From positions 224,001-288,000 of the forward strand of contig CAWDVR010000004.1 in assembly GCA_963805975.1 (NCBI GenBank): 64,000 bases of DNA, read 5' to 3'. Of the stretch, positions 36,900-49,742 are shown piece after piece. The stretch is from an uncultured Acidobacteriota bacterium (lineage in GTDB: Bacteria > Acidobacteriota > Thermoanaerobaculia > Multivoradales > SZUA-115). How positions within the stretch are numbered: the stretch's first letter is position 1; each line of letters opens with the position of its first letter. The notes under the pieces were generated by a model that was not told the DNA's origin, did not search any database, and saw only the letters and a program-made list of their open reading frames with translations. A program made the position numbers and the translations under genes.

Positions 36900-37577
36900 C
36901 TACCACACCACCTTCGTGCCGTCCCAGGAGAAGAAGGTCCCGCTGTCCTTGACCGTCAGCCGGTCGAGCAGCCGCAGGATGCCGGCGACGCTGTCCTCGA
37001 CCGGCAGCGGGGCGCCGGCGCCGCCCATGCGGGTCTGCACCCAGCCGGGGTTCACGGCCACGCAGGTGAAGCCCTTGCCCGCCAGCTCGAGGGCCATGGT
37101 GCGGGTGAGCATGTTGAGGGCCGCCTTGGAGGCGCGGTAGGCGTAGTAGCCGCCGGAGGCGTTGTCGCCGATCGAGGCGAGCTGGCTCGAAAGGTTGACG
37201 ACCTGACGGCGCTTCGCTGCCCGCAGGTTGGGCAGCAGCGCCTGGGTCACGCGCAGAGCGCCGATACTGTTGATCGAGAAGGCCTCGAGCAGACTCTCGC
37301 AGTCGAGCTCGGAGAGGGCCCGGGTCTCGGGTGCCACGCCGGCGTTGTTGATCAGGACGTCTACGGCCGAGCCGGCGAGCCGCTCGGCGAAGGCGCGGAC
37401 GCTCGCCGCCGAGGCCACGTCCAGAACCTCGGCGGAAATGCCGAGCGCGCGGAGCTGGGCAGCCTGCTCGAGCCGGCGCGTGGTGGCGATCACGGACTCG
37501 CCGCGCTCGAGGAGCTGGCGCGCCAGCTCGAGGCCGATCCCGCGGTTGGCGCCCGTGATGACGTAGGTGGAGCTCAT
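36900..37577 (-). CDS. Short-chain dehydrogenase/reductase (CsgA/C-factor-like)
   Basis: Motifs TGANRGIG, NNAG, YRASK and PGWVQTRMGG. Confidence 0.92.
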   Translation of the reverse strand: MSSTYVITGANRGIGLELARQLLERGESVIATTRRLEQAAQLRALGISAEVLDVASAASVRAFAERLAGSAVDVLINNAGVAPETRALSELDCESLLEAFSINSIGALRVTQALLPNLRAAKRRQVVNLSSQLASIGDNASGGYYAYRASKAALNMLTRTMALELAGKGFTCVAVNPGWVQTRMGGAGAPLPVEDSVAGILRLLDRLTVKDSGTFFSWDGTKVVW

Positions 37578-37641
37578 GCCAGACCACCCTCCCTGAAAAT
37601 TCGCGTGACAGTCCCTAGTCTATCCGGCATGCACGGAAAGA

Positions 37642-37666
37642 CGGCCGGGACAAGCCCGGCCGCTAC
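37642..37666 (-). repeat. GTAG-family REP-like palindrome
   Basis: Minus strand reads GTAG-CGGCCGGG-CTTGT-CCCGGCCG. Confidence 0.6.
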
Positions 37667-37779
37667 GTCCGGAGATCACGGATGGTATAAACGGCGCGCC
37701 GCGAGGCCGGCCGTGGGCGGCCGACCCGGCGCGCACGCACGCCACCACAGAGGAGACCAGCTTGCAGGCACGCGGAGAC

Positions 37780-39162
37780 ATGGCCAAGAAACCGTCCCGG
37801 GCGCTCGCCCGGATCATCGTCATGCTGCTGCTGGCGCTCGCCGCGGTCGCCGGCCTGGCGCTGGTGCGGGTGGGCTCGTCGCCCGCGATCGGCATCGAGC
37901 CGGGGGCTCCCGGCATCGGGCGCAAGACGCCGGTGGTGGTGAAGGTCGCGGCTTCCGGCCGTGGCCTGACCGAGGTGAAGGTCGAGCTGACGCAGGGTGA
38001 GCACACCCAGGTGGTGGCCGAGAAGAGGTACCGGGCGCGCCCGTTCTGGGCCTTCTGGGGGGCGCGCACGACGAGCGACGAGATTGCCGTCGAGGTGGGC
38101 AAGGACTCGATGCCGGAGCTCACCGGCGGCGAAGCGGTGATCCGCGTCACCGCCGGCCGGGCCGGAACCTGGCTCCGCCACCCGGCCCCGGCCGTGGCCG
38201 AGACCACGCTGCCCGTGCGCCTGACGCCGCCGACCCTCTCCGTGCTCTCGATCCAGAACAACGTGATGCAGGGTGGCAGCGAGGTGGTGATCTACCGCGT
38301 CGGCAAGACCGCCACCCGCGATGGCGTGTCCGCCGGAGAGTGGTGGTTCCCGGGCTTCCCGCTGCCGGGCGGCGGTCCCGAGGACCGCTTCAGCCTCTAC
38401 GCCGCTCCCTTCGACCTCTCCGACCCGGCGCGCATCCAGCTCGTCGCCGAGGACGAGGTGGGCAACGTGGCCAGGGCCTCGTTCGTGGACCGCTTCACGG
38501 CCCGGCCGCCGACCAGCGCCAAGATCGAGCTCTCGGACGCCTTCCTCGCCAAGGCGGTGCCGGAGATCCTCTCCCAGAGCCCGGAGGTCAAGGACCAGGG
38601 GGAGCTCCTCCCGAGCTATCTCACCATCAACCGCGACCTGCGGCGCATCAACAACGCCCGGCTGGGAGAGCTGGCGCGTGCCTCGAAACCCGAGTTCCTG
38701 TGGTCGAAGTCGTTCCGCCAGCTCGGCAACACGCAGGTGATGGCCTCCTTCGCCGATCACCGGAGCTACCTCCACAACGGCCAGGTGGTCGATCACCAGT
38801 ACCACCTGGGCTTCGACCTCGCCTCGTTCAAGCACGCGCCGGTGACGGCGGCGAACCGCGGCGTGGTGGTGCTCGCCGGCTACCTGGGGATCTACGGCAA
38901 CACCGTGGTGCTCGACCACGGCTTCGGCCTCGCGACCCTCTACTCGCACCTGTCGTCGATCGACGTGTCCGAGGGTCAGACGGTGGAGGAGGGCCAGAAG
39001 CTCGGGGCGACCGGCGAGACCGGCCTCGCCGCCGGCGACCACCTGCACTTCTCCGTGGTGCTCCACGGCCTGGCGGTGACCCCCGTCGAGTGGTGGGACG
39101 GGCGCTGGATCCGCGACCATCTGCAGGCCAAGCTCGGCGCCGCGCTGCCGTTTTCCGGATAG
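37780..39162 (+). CDS. M23-family peptidoglycan metallo-endopeptidase (Csd3-like), membrane anchored
   Basis: Motifs HLGFD, YGNTVVLDHG, LYSHL and HLHF, with an N-terminal TM. Confidence 0.9.
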   Translation: MAKKPSRALARIIVMLLLALAAVAGLALVRVGSSPAIGIEPGAPGIGRKTPVVVKVAASGRGLTEVKVELTQGEHTQVVAEKRYRARPFWAFWGARTTSDEIAVEVGKDSMPELTGGEAVIRVTAGRAGTWLRHPAPAVAETTLPVRLTPPTLSVLSIQNNVMQGGSEVVIYRVGKTATRDGVSAGEWWFPGFPLPGGGPEDRFSLYAAPFDLSDPARIQLVAEDEVGNVARASFVDRFTARPPTSAKIELSDAFLAKAVPEILSQSPEVKDQGELLPSYLTINRDLRRINNARLGELARASKPEFLWSKSFRQLGNTQVMASFADHRSYLHNGQVVDHQYHLGFDLASFKHAPVTAANRGVVVLAGYLGIYGNTVVLDHGFGLATLYSHLSSIDVSEGQTVEEGQKLGATGETGLAAGDHLHFSVVLHGLAVTPVEWWDGRWIRDHLQAKLGAALPFSG

Positions 39163-39168
39163 ACACGG

Positions 39169-41562
39169 ATGCCGACCTGGGCCCTGGCCCTTGTACTGGC
39201 CGGTCTCGCGGGGCTGATGCAGGGCCTCCTGCTGCTCGCCGCCAAGGGCCTGGGCCTGCGGTTGTCCAAGGCCGCCCTCGCCGGGGGGCTGCTCCTCCCC
39301 TTTCTGCTCCTCGCGCCGTGGATCGGTCAGGAGCCGATCCTGGCGCCGCTCGGCGCTCTGCCCGCGCCGGGCGGGCCGGCCCTCCCCGGACCGGAGCGGC
39401 ACTCGATCCTGAACGACTCGGTGTTCCAGTTCATCCCCTGGGAGCTCGAGGTCCGGCACGCCTACAAGGCCGGCCGGCTGCCGCTGTGGTCCGATCTCCT
39501 GGACGGCGGCAGCTCTCCCTGGGTCAATCCGCAGGTCGGGGCCCTGTCGCCGATCGCCATGCTGACCCGGGTGCTGCCGATCCAGTACTTTCTGCTCGCG
39601 GCGCTGCTCTTGAAGATCCTGGTCTCCTTCGAGGGCTCCTGGCTCCTTGCAAGGCGGGTCGGCGCAAGCCGCGCGGCGGCGCTCCTCGCCGGAGGCGCCT
39701 TCGCCCTGGGGGGGAGCATCCTCGCCTGGGGCCTCTTCCCTCACACCCAGACCGTTGCCTGGGCGCCGTGGGTGGCGGTGGGGGCGATCGGCGTCGTGCG
39801 CCGGCCGCGACCGCTCGCTCTCGTCACCACCGCGCTCCTCACCGCGGCGATGCTCCTCTCCGGCCACCCGGAGACGGCCGTCAACGGCGGCCTGTTCGCG
39901 GCCGGCTGTGCGCTCCTCCTGCGGCGGAGGCGGCGCACGCTGTGGCGGCCGCTCGGTCACGCGGCCCTCGCTGCCGGGCTCGGCTTCGCGCTCGCCGCGC
40001 CCCAGCTCGTGCCCTTCGCGAGCGCCGTGCCCAGCTCGCAGCGGTCGCGCGACATGGCGGCCCACACCGAGAGCGGCCCGGCCGGCACCATCTGGAGCTG
40101 GGCCGAGCCGGGCTCCTGGTTCTTCGAGAGCCGGGGCCGCTTCCTGTTGGCGCCGCTCGACCGCCACGCCTTCGGCCGGCCCTACGGCGGCTCGTTCGCG
40201 GGCGCTCTCTCCTGGCCGGACTCGCTCACCGCCTACGCCGGGGTGGTGGCCCTGGGGGGAGCGCTCGCCGCGCTCTCCGCCGCGTTCCTGGCCAGGGGAA
40301 GGAGGCGGCGCACGGCGGCCGTCTTCCTGCTCCTGGGCGGGGCCTTCCTGCTGCTCGCGGCCCACCCCTTGCCGCTCCTCGACCTGCTCTTCCTCCTGCC
40401 GCCGCTTCGCCTTCCGGCCTACTCCCGCCTGCTGCTCCTCGTGCCATTGGCGCTCGCCGTCGCAGGGGCCCTGGGGCTCGATATGCTGCTCCGCCGGGGC
40501 ACCGAGGGCCTTGCCGGCCGCCGCTGGGCCGCGTGGCTCGGCCTGGCCCTCGCGACCGGCCTCGGCCTCGCGCTCTCCCACGGCCCGATGTCGCTCCTTC
40601 TGTGGGCCGGTCTCTGGCTGGCGGTCGCGCTCGGGCGAGGAAGACCGGGAAGGCTCCGGGCTGGGGCCTACGCGGCGTTGGGTGTGGTGCTGCTCGCCGA
40701 CCTCCTCCCCTGGGGCCGCGACCAGCTACCGCGCGGCCTCTCCGCCATGTTCTACCCACGGACCGCCGTGGTCGAGGCGATCGCTCGCGAGACGGAGAGT
40801 GGCGGGCCCTGGCGGGTGGTGGGCCAGGACATGCTGGCCTACCCCGGCCTGCTCTCCGTCTACGGGCTCGCCGATCCACGCCCGCACAACCCGCTGGCGC
40901 CGGCGGCGCAGCTCGCCGTGCTCGGGCCCGCCTTCGACTTCGCGCCCGATCTGGTGCGCTACTTCGCGCCCTTCCACCGGCCGGACCAGCCGCTCCTCGA
41001 CTTCTTGAACGTGCGGGTGGTGGTCTCGAACCGCTTCCTGCCGGAGCCCACGTCGTTCGAGCGCATCGACCCTGGCGTCGACGAGCTCTACCAGCTCTGG
41101 CGCAACCCGCGCGCCCTGCCACGCTGGTTCCTGACCTCGGGAGTGGACGTAGCGCCGGCTGCCGAGGCCCCGGCGCGGCTGGCGGCGCTCTCGGACCCGC
41201 GCCGCGTGCTGGTGGCGGCCGAGGACGTGGGGAGCTGGCGACCGGCGCAAGGAGGGCAAGGGCCGGTCGAAGCCCTCGTCGCCACGCCCGGTCACCTGCG
41301 ACTCGCGCTGCCACCCGACCCAGGTGAACGTCTGCTTGCCACTTCGCTACCGGGACCGACGGGTTGGAGTGCCCAGGCCGGAAGCGTTCCGCTCCGCACT
41401 CTGGCGGTAAACGTCGCCTACCTGGGTGTCGTGGTGCCGGCCGGCACCACCGAGGTCGAGCTGCGCTTCGTGCCGCGGGGGTTCGTCCCCGGCGCCGTGC
41501 TGGCCATGCTGGGGCTCGTGGGGGTCGCGATCGCCGCCTTCAGGGCGGCTAGAAAGCCGTAG
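39169..41562 (+). CDS. YfhO-family (GT-C-like) membrane protein
   Basis: GRLPLW...GG.P...NPQ, LSGHPE, many TMs, and the C-terminal PGW.A...N.A..GV.VPAG...V.L.F.P pattern. Confidence 0.8.
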   Translation: MPTWALALVLAGLAGLMQGLLLLAAKGLGLRLSKAALAGGLLLPFLLLAPWIGQEPILAPLGALPAPGGPALPGPERHSILNDSVFQFIPWELEVRHAYKAGRLPLWSDLLDGGSSPWVNPQVGALSPIAMLTRVLPIQYFLLAALLLKILVSFEGSWLLARRVGASRAAALLAGGAFALGGSILAWGLFPHTQTVAWAPWVAVGAIGVVRRPRPLALVTTALLTAAMLLSGHPETAVNGGLFAAGCALLLRRRRRTLWRPLGHAALAAGLGFALAAPQLVPFASAVPSSQRSRDMAAHTESGPAGTIWSWAEPGSWFFESRGRFLLAPLDRHAFGRPYGGSFAGALSWPDSLTAYAGVVALGGALAALSAAFLARGRRRRTAAVFLLLGGAFLLLAAHPLPLLDLLFLLPPLRLPAYSRLLLLVPLALAVAGALGLDMLLRRGTEGLAGRRWAAWLGLALATGLGLALSHGPMSLLLWAGLWLAVALGRGRPGRLRAGAYAALGVVLLADLLPWGRDQLPRGLSAMFYPRTAVVEAIARETESGGPWRVVGQDMLAYPGLLSVYGLADPRPHNPLAPAAQLAVLGPAFDFAPDLVRYFAPFHRPDQPLLDFLNVRVVVSNRFLPEPTSFERIDPGVDELYQLWRNPRALPRWFLTSGVDVAPAAEAPARLAALSDPRRVLVAAEDVGSWRPAQGGQGPVEALVATPGHLRLALPPDPGERLLATSLPGPTGWSAQAGSVPLRTLAVNVAYLGVVVPAGTTEVELRFVPRGFVPGAVLAMLGLVGVAIAAFRAARKP

Positions 41563-41598
41563 CGCGCGGCCGAGCCGGGTCCGGCACTTCGGTTCGCC

Positions 41599-42102
41599 TC
41601 ACTGGCGACTCTTGCGCCTCCACACGTCCCACGTGAACGGCCCCGCTTCCTCATCAGGGATCGGGTGGCCCGCGATCTTGAGCGCCAGCTTGATCTGGCC
41701 GTGATGGTAGCCCTCGTGCCACAGCATGAGCTGGAGCATCAGGATCGGGTGGTCGTAGTTGAGGTCCAGGTCCCGGCCTTCGAGCACCCTCCCCTTCACC
41801 GCGTCCCGCACCGCCTGGGCGCTCTCGGTCAGCATCTGCGCAATGCGATCACGGTCGCGCTCGGCCAGCCACTCGTCCTCTGGTACGCCCCTGGCGAACT
41901 CAGGAGCCTCCTCGAAGACGGAGACGAGCCGCTCGTGGTGAATGTGCGTGAACTGCTGCGCGACGGACGGGCTGCTCTCCGTCGCCCTGGCTTCCAGCCC
42001 GCCCTCGGAGAGAGCGCGCAGCAGACCGAGCATGATGGCGTTGTTCCGGTCCCAGGAATCGAGCAGCGCCTCGAGCAGAGGCTGCTCTCTTGCATCCGAC
42101 AT
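41599..42102 (-). CDS. DinB/YfiT-family metalloprotein
   Basis: His triad THIHH...WHEGYHHGQI. Confidence 0.85.
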   Translation of the reverse strand: MSDAREQPLLEALLDSWDRNNAIMLGLLRALSEGGLEARATESSPSVAQQFTHIHHERLVSVFEEAPEFARGVPEDEWLAERDRDRIAQMLTESAQAVRDAVKGRVLEGRDLDLNYDHPILMLQLMLWHEGYHHGQIKLALKIAGHPIPDEEAGPFTWDVWRRKSRQ

Positions 42103-42142
42103 GTCTACCTCCGGTGTCGTGCAGCAGAGGAGGAGCTTGGTT

Positions 42143-43473
42143 CTACTCGCGCACCAACCCCAACGCGACCTTGAGCCGGAACCACACGTTCCGCATCTTC
42201 CAGAAGAGGCTCTTCTCCATGCCGGCCACGTGGCGGTGGAGGCCGGTGACGATCCACTTGTGGTACGCGATCTCGCGGTCGAGCGAGGCGAGCTTCTCGT
42301 CCTGCCAATCGATCCGCTTCCGGGCCGACCACAGGAGCGCGGACTCGAGGCTCCCGGCGTAGAGCAGCCGGGCCGGCCCGCGCGGGCCTCGAGCGCGCAC
42401 CAGCACGGTCACCGCCGAGCGCGAGCGCCTAGCCGGCACCGGGCAGCGAAGCTCCCAGCCCACGGTCTGCCGCGGTTCGATCTTGTAGGCCTCGGCCACG
42501 TCCTGCCGCAACCCGAAAGCGCGGCAGGAACCGGCGCTCCGGCCGTCGATCTCGACCGAGATCTCGTCGATGCCGGCACCCCAGTACGGATCGGCCGCCC
42601 AGCCGCGGACGAAGAGCCGGTCCGGCGCTTCGAGCTCGAAGCCTTCGATGTACCCCTCCAGGTCGCCCGTGAAGGCGAGGCCCGAGAAATCCACACCCGG
42701 CTCGCGCGCCACGAGGTAGAGATCCTGGTGGTTGGCGAGGGCGCGCGGGATGCGGTGGCAGGAGAGCCCGGGGTCGATCGCCCCGAGCCGCCGGCGCACG
42801 AAGGCCTCGCTCACCCAGGTCGAGCCGTACTCCTCCTTGGCCAGGGAATCGCTCTCCGAGACGGCGTGGAAGAGAAGGCCGTTCTCGGGCAGGGTCTCGC
42901 CGTCGAGCAGGCTCTCGTCGTGGGTCGAGAAGACGAGCAGGCCGCCGGGAGCGAGCACGCCGACCAGTGTTTCGAGCCAGGCGCCGAAGGTGGGCTCTGG
43001 CAGGTGGGTGAAGAGCGAGGTGACGAAGATAGCGTCGAAGCGGTCCTCGCAGCGGAAGTCCTCCGCCCGCGCCGTCGAGACCAGGCCCTGGACGCCGAGC
43101 TCGCGGCGTTGGAACTCCACCGCTTCGGGCAGGATCTCGGCGATCGCGATGCGCTCGGCAGGGAGCGCATGGGCCAGGTGCCGGGTGACCCGCCCGTAGC
43201 CGCTCGCGAAGTCGAGCAGGCGGCCGATGCCCGACCACGAGCCGAACCGCCAGGAGACGATCTGCGAGAGAGCGTGGAAGATCCGGAGACCGCTCGTGAA
43301 GTAGGCGACCAGGGCTTGGTCGCGATCGCCTTCGTGCACGGCAACCAGGAAGGCCAGCATCTCGTCGCGCTCGTCGATCGAGCGGCAGATCCCGGCGCCC
43401 GCATCCGGCTCTGCCGCGAGCACGGCATCGAGCAGCGGGTGGGGCTCACTGTCGTCGAAGGCGAGGGAAGTCA

Positions 43474-43474
<1 letters not shown>
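42143..43474 (-). CDS. Class I SAM-dependent methyltransferase with C-terminal beta domain and coiled-coil tail
   Basis: Motifs LDFASGYGR, FDAIFVTSLFTHL and LAPGG, tail S.FWK.R. GTG overlaps the pilR stop. Confidence 0.82.
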
Positions 43475-44880
<1,406 letters not shown>

Positions 44881-44885
44881 GGGGC

Positions 44886-46544
44886 TCACGGCGCGGCCTC
44901 CGCCAGGGCGGCGGCGACGGGCATGGCGAGCAGCGTGACGGTGATCGTGGTCCCGGAGCCGGGCGAGCTGTCGACCGACATCTCGCCGCCGTGCTCCTCG
45001 ACGATGCGGTAGACGATGGCCATGCCGATGCCGGTGCCGGAGTCGAAGAAGGACTGGAAGGGATGGAAGAGGTTGGCGCGCTCCTCCTCGGACATGCCGC
45101 GGCCGGTGTCGGCGAAGCGCATGCGGTAGCGGTCGTCGTCGAGCCGGCCGGAGATCGCGAGGCTCCCCCCCGAAGGCATGGCCTTGAGCGCGTTGCGCGC
45201 CAGGTTCCAGAAGATCTGGCTGATCTGGTCCGGGTCGCCGACCAGGGCGGCGCTCGGCGGGTCGACGTCGAGCGAGACGGTGTGGCCGGGCGAGACCTCG
45301 GGGCTGTTGGCGAGGAGCGCCACGTTCTCGGAGAGCAGCGAGGCGATGTCGAAGGTCACGCTCGAACGATCGCGGGGCCGGGCGAAGCGTAGGAAACCCT
45401 TGATCGTGCGGTCCAGGCGCTGGCTCTCCTTGAGCAGGATGTCGAGCAGCTTCTTCTCGCTCGCGGTGCGGCCGGCGGAGTGCGCCAGCATCTGCACCGA
45501 GCCGGAGATCGCCGCCAGGGGATTGCCGATCTCGTGCGCCAGGCCAGCCGCGAGCTCGCCCACCGCCGCCATGCGGTCCTTGATCCGCACCTCTTCCTCG
45601 AGCTTCCGCCAGCGGGTGAGATCCTGGAAGATCACGATGTAGCCGCGGTGCGAGCCGTCGCTGTCGGTCAGGCGCGAGATGTTGAAGCCGAGCTCGATGG
45701 GCTGGCCGTCCCTCAGCACCCGCAGCTCGGACCGCATGCGCCCGGCTTTGCCGGAGGCGCCCGTGAACTCCTGCCACTGCACGGGGGTGAAGAGCGCCGA
45801 CTCGAAGATCGCCCGGCCGACGAGCTCCTCCTCGCCCAGGCCCAGGATGCGCCGGCCGGTGCGGTTCAAAGTGGTGATGCGCCCCGCGAGGTCCGTGGTG
45901 AAGAGGCCGCTGGGGATCGACTCGATGACGTCCCGGTGCACGATCTGGAGGTCCGCCAGGTCCTCGCGCTGGCTCTCGAGCGCACCCTCGGCCTTGAGCG
46001 CCCGGCTGGTCAGCCGCGAGGTGAGGAGCGCCACGGCGTAGAACCCCAGCAGGTTGACGAACAGGCTGTAGGCGAGGCGAGGCGACAGGCCCTCCACCAC
46101 GCCGCCGGTCGGGCTCCGCACCCAACCGAAGGCCAGCCCGAGCTGCAGCGTGGCGTAGCAGAGGGCGGCGGCCGAGGCCACGGCGATCCCCGCCCGCTGC
46201 CCGAGGAGCGTCGAGGCGGCGATGATGATCACCAGGTAGAAGGGCGAGAACGGGCTGCCGGCACCGAACTGGTAGAGCAGCGCCGTGACCAGCGCCAGGT
46301 CGCCGACGAACTGGATGTAGGCCTGGACCTGGGGCGCCCGCGCCAGCCAGGACAGCAGCGCGATGTAGACCAGGGTGGCGACGCAGGTGGCGCCGAAGAG
46401 CTGGCCGAAAAAACCCGGCGCCGGCCCCGAGAGGCTGGTCTCCGCCCCGGACAGCCGCCCCAGGTAGTAGGGCAGCGCCATGCTGGTGATGACCACCAGC
46501 CGCAAGCCGATGTACCAGCGGAGCTGTCGTTCGAGGGTGGACAT
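44886..46544 (-). CDS. pilS: Sensor histidine kinase with TM, PAS and HisKA/HATPase domains (PilS-like)
   Basis: Motifs AHEIGNPL, NLARNA, DTGRG and GTGIG, with a 6-TM N-terminus. Confidence 0.85.
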   Translation of the reverse strand: MSTLERQLRWYIGLRLVVITSMALPYYLGRLSGAETSLSGPAPGFFGQLFGATCVATLVYIALLSWLARAPQVQAYIQFVGDLALVTALLYQFGAGSPFSPFYLVIIIAASTLLGQRAGIAVASAAALCYATLQLGLAFGWVRSPTGGVVEGLSPRLAYSLFVNLLGFYAVALLTSRLTSRALKAEGALESQREDLADLQIVHRDVIESIPSGLFTTDLAGRITTLNRTGRRILGLGEEELVGRAIFESALFTPVQWQEFTGASGKAGRMRSELRVLRDGQPIELGFNISRLTDSDGSHRGYIVIFQDLTRWRKLEEEVRIKDRMAAVGELAAGLAHEIGNPLAAISGSVQMLAHSAGRTASEKKLLDILLKESQRLDRTIKGFLRFARPRDRSSVTFDIASLLSENVALLANSPEVSPGHTVSLDVDPPSAALVGDPDQISQIFWNLARNALKAMPSGGSLAISGRLDDDRYRMRFADTGRGMSEEERANLFHPFQSFFDSGTGIGMAIVYRIVEEHGGEMSVDSSPGSGTTITVTLLAMPVAAALAEAAP

Positions 46545-46557
46545 CGTCTGTCAGAGA

Positions 46558-46591
46558 GCGGCAGGCCGGGCGCCACCGGCCGGCCTGCCGC
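46558..46591. other. 12-bp GC hairpin between pilC and pilS
   Basis: GCGGCAGGCCGG-N10-CCGGCCTGCCGC with no U-tract. Confidence 0.5.
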
Positions 46592-46601
46592 CGCGAGAAC
46601 C

Positions 46602-47807
<1,206 letters not shown>

Positions 47808-47809
47808 GG

Positions 47810-48922
47810 CTAGCTCCTCACTTCCGCTCGCATCATCATCGGCGTCGCCGCTTCGGCTCCGCGGGCGATCATCTCTTGCAGCTCCTCGGGGTACGACGAG
47901 CGCGCGAGCCCGACCTGCAGGGTGATCATGCGCTTGAAGTACAACGCGGCGAGAGACTGGTTGAAGGTCATCATGCCGTGCTTGGCCTGGCCGGTCTGCA
48001 TCATGCCGTAGATCTGGTGCACCTTGTCCTCGCGAATCAAGTTGCGGATCGCCGCGTTGGGCACCAGGACCTCCATCGCCAGCACGCGACCGCGGCCGGT
48101 CGCCCGCGGCAGGAGCGACTGGCAGACGATGCCCTCGAGCACGAAGGAGAGCTGGACCCGGATCTGCCCCTGCTGGTGGGCGGGAAAGATGTCCACGATG
48201 CGGTTGATGGTCTGGGCGGCGGAGTTAGTGTGCAGGGTGGCGAAGGTCAGATGGCCGGTCTCCGCGATGCGCAGCGCCGCCTCCACGGTCTCGAAGTCGC
48301 GCATCTCGCCGATCAGCACCACGTCCGGGTCCTCGCGCAGCGCCGAGCGCAGGGCGTTCGAGAAACTGTGGGTGTCGGCGTGCAGCTCACGCTGGTTGAC
48401 CATGCACTTCTTGTGGCCGTGCAGGTACTCGATTGGATCCTCGATGGTGACGATGTGCTCGTGGCGCTCGCGGTTGACCTTGTCGATCATCGCCGCGAGC
48501 GTCGTCGACTTGCCGGAGCCCGTGGGGCCGGTGACCAGCACCAGGCCGCGCGGCTTCTCGCACAGCGTCTCGATCACCCCCGGCAGGCCGAGCTCGCGGA
48601 AGCCCCGGATCTCGAACGGGATGCGGCGGAAGGCGCCGGCGATGGCGCCGCGCTGATGGTAAATGTTGGCGCGGAAGCGGGCCAGGTTCTTGATGCCGAA
48701 GGAGAAGTCGATCTCCAGGTTCTCCTCCAGCCGGTGCTTCTGCTGGTCGGTCAGGATCGAGTAAGCGAGCTGTTTGGTCTCGGACGGGTTCAAGGCCGGC
48801 TGGTTCAAGGCCTTCAACTGGCCGTCGATACGGACCTGGGGCGGAGCGTTGGTGGTGATGTGGAGGTCAGACCCCCCCTGATCCACCATCTCCTTCAGCA
48901 TTTGGCTGAGCGACAGCGCCAT
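47810..48922 (-). CDS. pilT: Type IV pilus retraction ATPase
   Basis: Motifs GPTGSGKST, TIEDPIE, LREDPD, GHLTFATLH, AIRNLIRE and GMMT. Confidence 0.95.
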   Translation of the reverse strand: MALSLSQMLKEMVDQGGSDLHITTNAPPQVRIDGQLKALNQPALNPSETKQLAYSILTDQQKHRLEENLEIDFSFGIKNLARFRANIYHQRGAIAGAFRRIPFEIRGFRELGLPGVIETLCEKPRGLVLVTGPTGSGKSTTLAAMIDKVNRERHEHIVTIEDPIEYLHGHKKCMVNQRELHADTHSFSNALRSALREDPDVVLIGEMRDFETVEAALRIAETGHLTFATLHTNSAAQTINRIVDIFPAHQQGQIRVQLSFVLEGIVCQSLLPRATGRGRVLAMEVLVPNAAIRNLIREDKVHQIYGMMQTGQAKHGMMTFNQSLAALYFKRMITLQVGLARSSYPEELQEMIARGAEAATPMMMRAEVRS

Positions 48923-49083
48923 GCGAGCCTGCTTTCCTGGGACGGCTTATGCGTTTCGACGGATGAGTCTACACGATGGCCCTGGGGGCTGCCAGGGGCC
49001 CCGGTTTTTGGGGGTTCTGGAGCCTCCGGCCGGGGTGGGAGCGCGGCTCGATGCCGTCGTCGGGGCCGGTCCGCGACCGCGGA

Positions 49084-49266
49084 TCAGGCCACCGGCTCGG
49101 GCTCGCCGGGCACTTCTGCTGTGGGGACAGCCTCTCCGGTGTCGGCTGCCGGCTCGGCGCCCTGTTGCCGGCGCTCCAACCGTTTCGCCGACTTCTGTCG
49201 CTGCTTTTCCCGGCGTTCGGATTCCCGCTGGCGCTTCGCAAACGTCTGGTTGGTTCTCTTGGCCAT
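49084..49266 (-). CDS. Small basic hypothetical protein
   Basis: MAKRTNQTFAKRQRESERREKQRQK... with GGAGG RBS, a Lys/Arg-rich helix and an acidic tail. Confidence 0.65.
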   Translation of the reverse strand: MAKRTNQTFAKRQRESERREKQRQKSAKRLERRQQGAEPAADTGEAVPTAEVPGEPEPVA

Positions 49267-49330
49267 CACGCCCTCCTGCTGTCGTAGGACGGCGCTCCAG
49301 GGCAGCCACTAGGACGACAACGGCCTCATT

Positions 49331-49663
49331 TTAGCCATTCTTGCCCGAGCGTGGCGATCGGGGGTCCGGAGAGCTCATCAACACGAACGCCGGGATCCCG
49401 AATCCCAGCCCGCCCACCAGGCTCAGCCCGACGAAGGTTTTCCAGCCCCAGCGGCCGCTCGGCCGCGAGGAGAAGAAGACCGCGAGCAAGCCCGTCACGA
49501 GGAAGGCCTCGACGACGAAGGCGAGCGTCACCGGGTGGCGCAGGGCGGCGATCAGCTCCGGCCAGCGAAACAGGGCGTAGTAGATGAAGACGCCGTTGGG
49601 GCCGAGCAGGCCGAAGAGCGCCACGAGGCCGAGCCAGGCTCGTTGAGTCGATGAAAGAGTCAT
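49331..49663 (-). CDS. Small 3-TM membrane protein
   Basis: 110 aa, hydrophobic, with AGGAGG RBS. Confidence 0.7.
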   Translation of the reverse strand: MTLSSTQRAWLGLVALFGLLGPNGVFIYYALFRWPELIAALRHPVTLAFVVEAFLVTGLLAVFFSSRPSGRWGWKTFVGLSLVGGLGFGIPAFVLMSSPDPRSPRSGKNG

Positions 49664-49742
49664 CTGGGCCTCCTGTCTCCGGATGTGCTCCGGCAGCTCC
49701 TACGTCCAAGGCCAGTGGGGCCTGATGCTATCGTCCCTGGCC

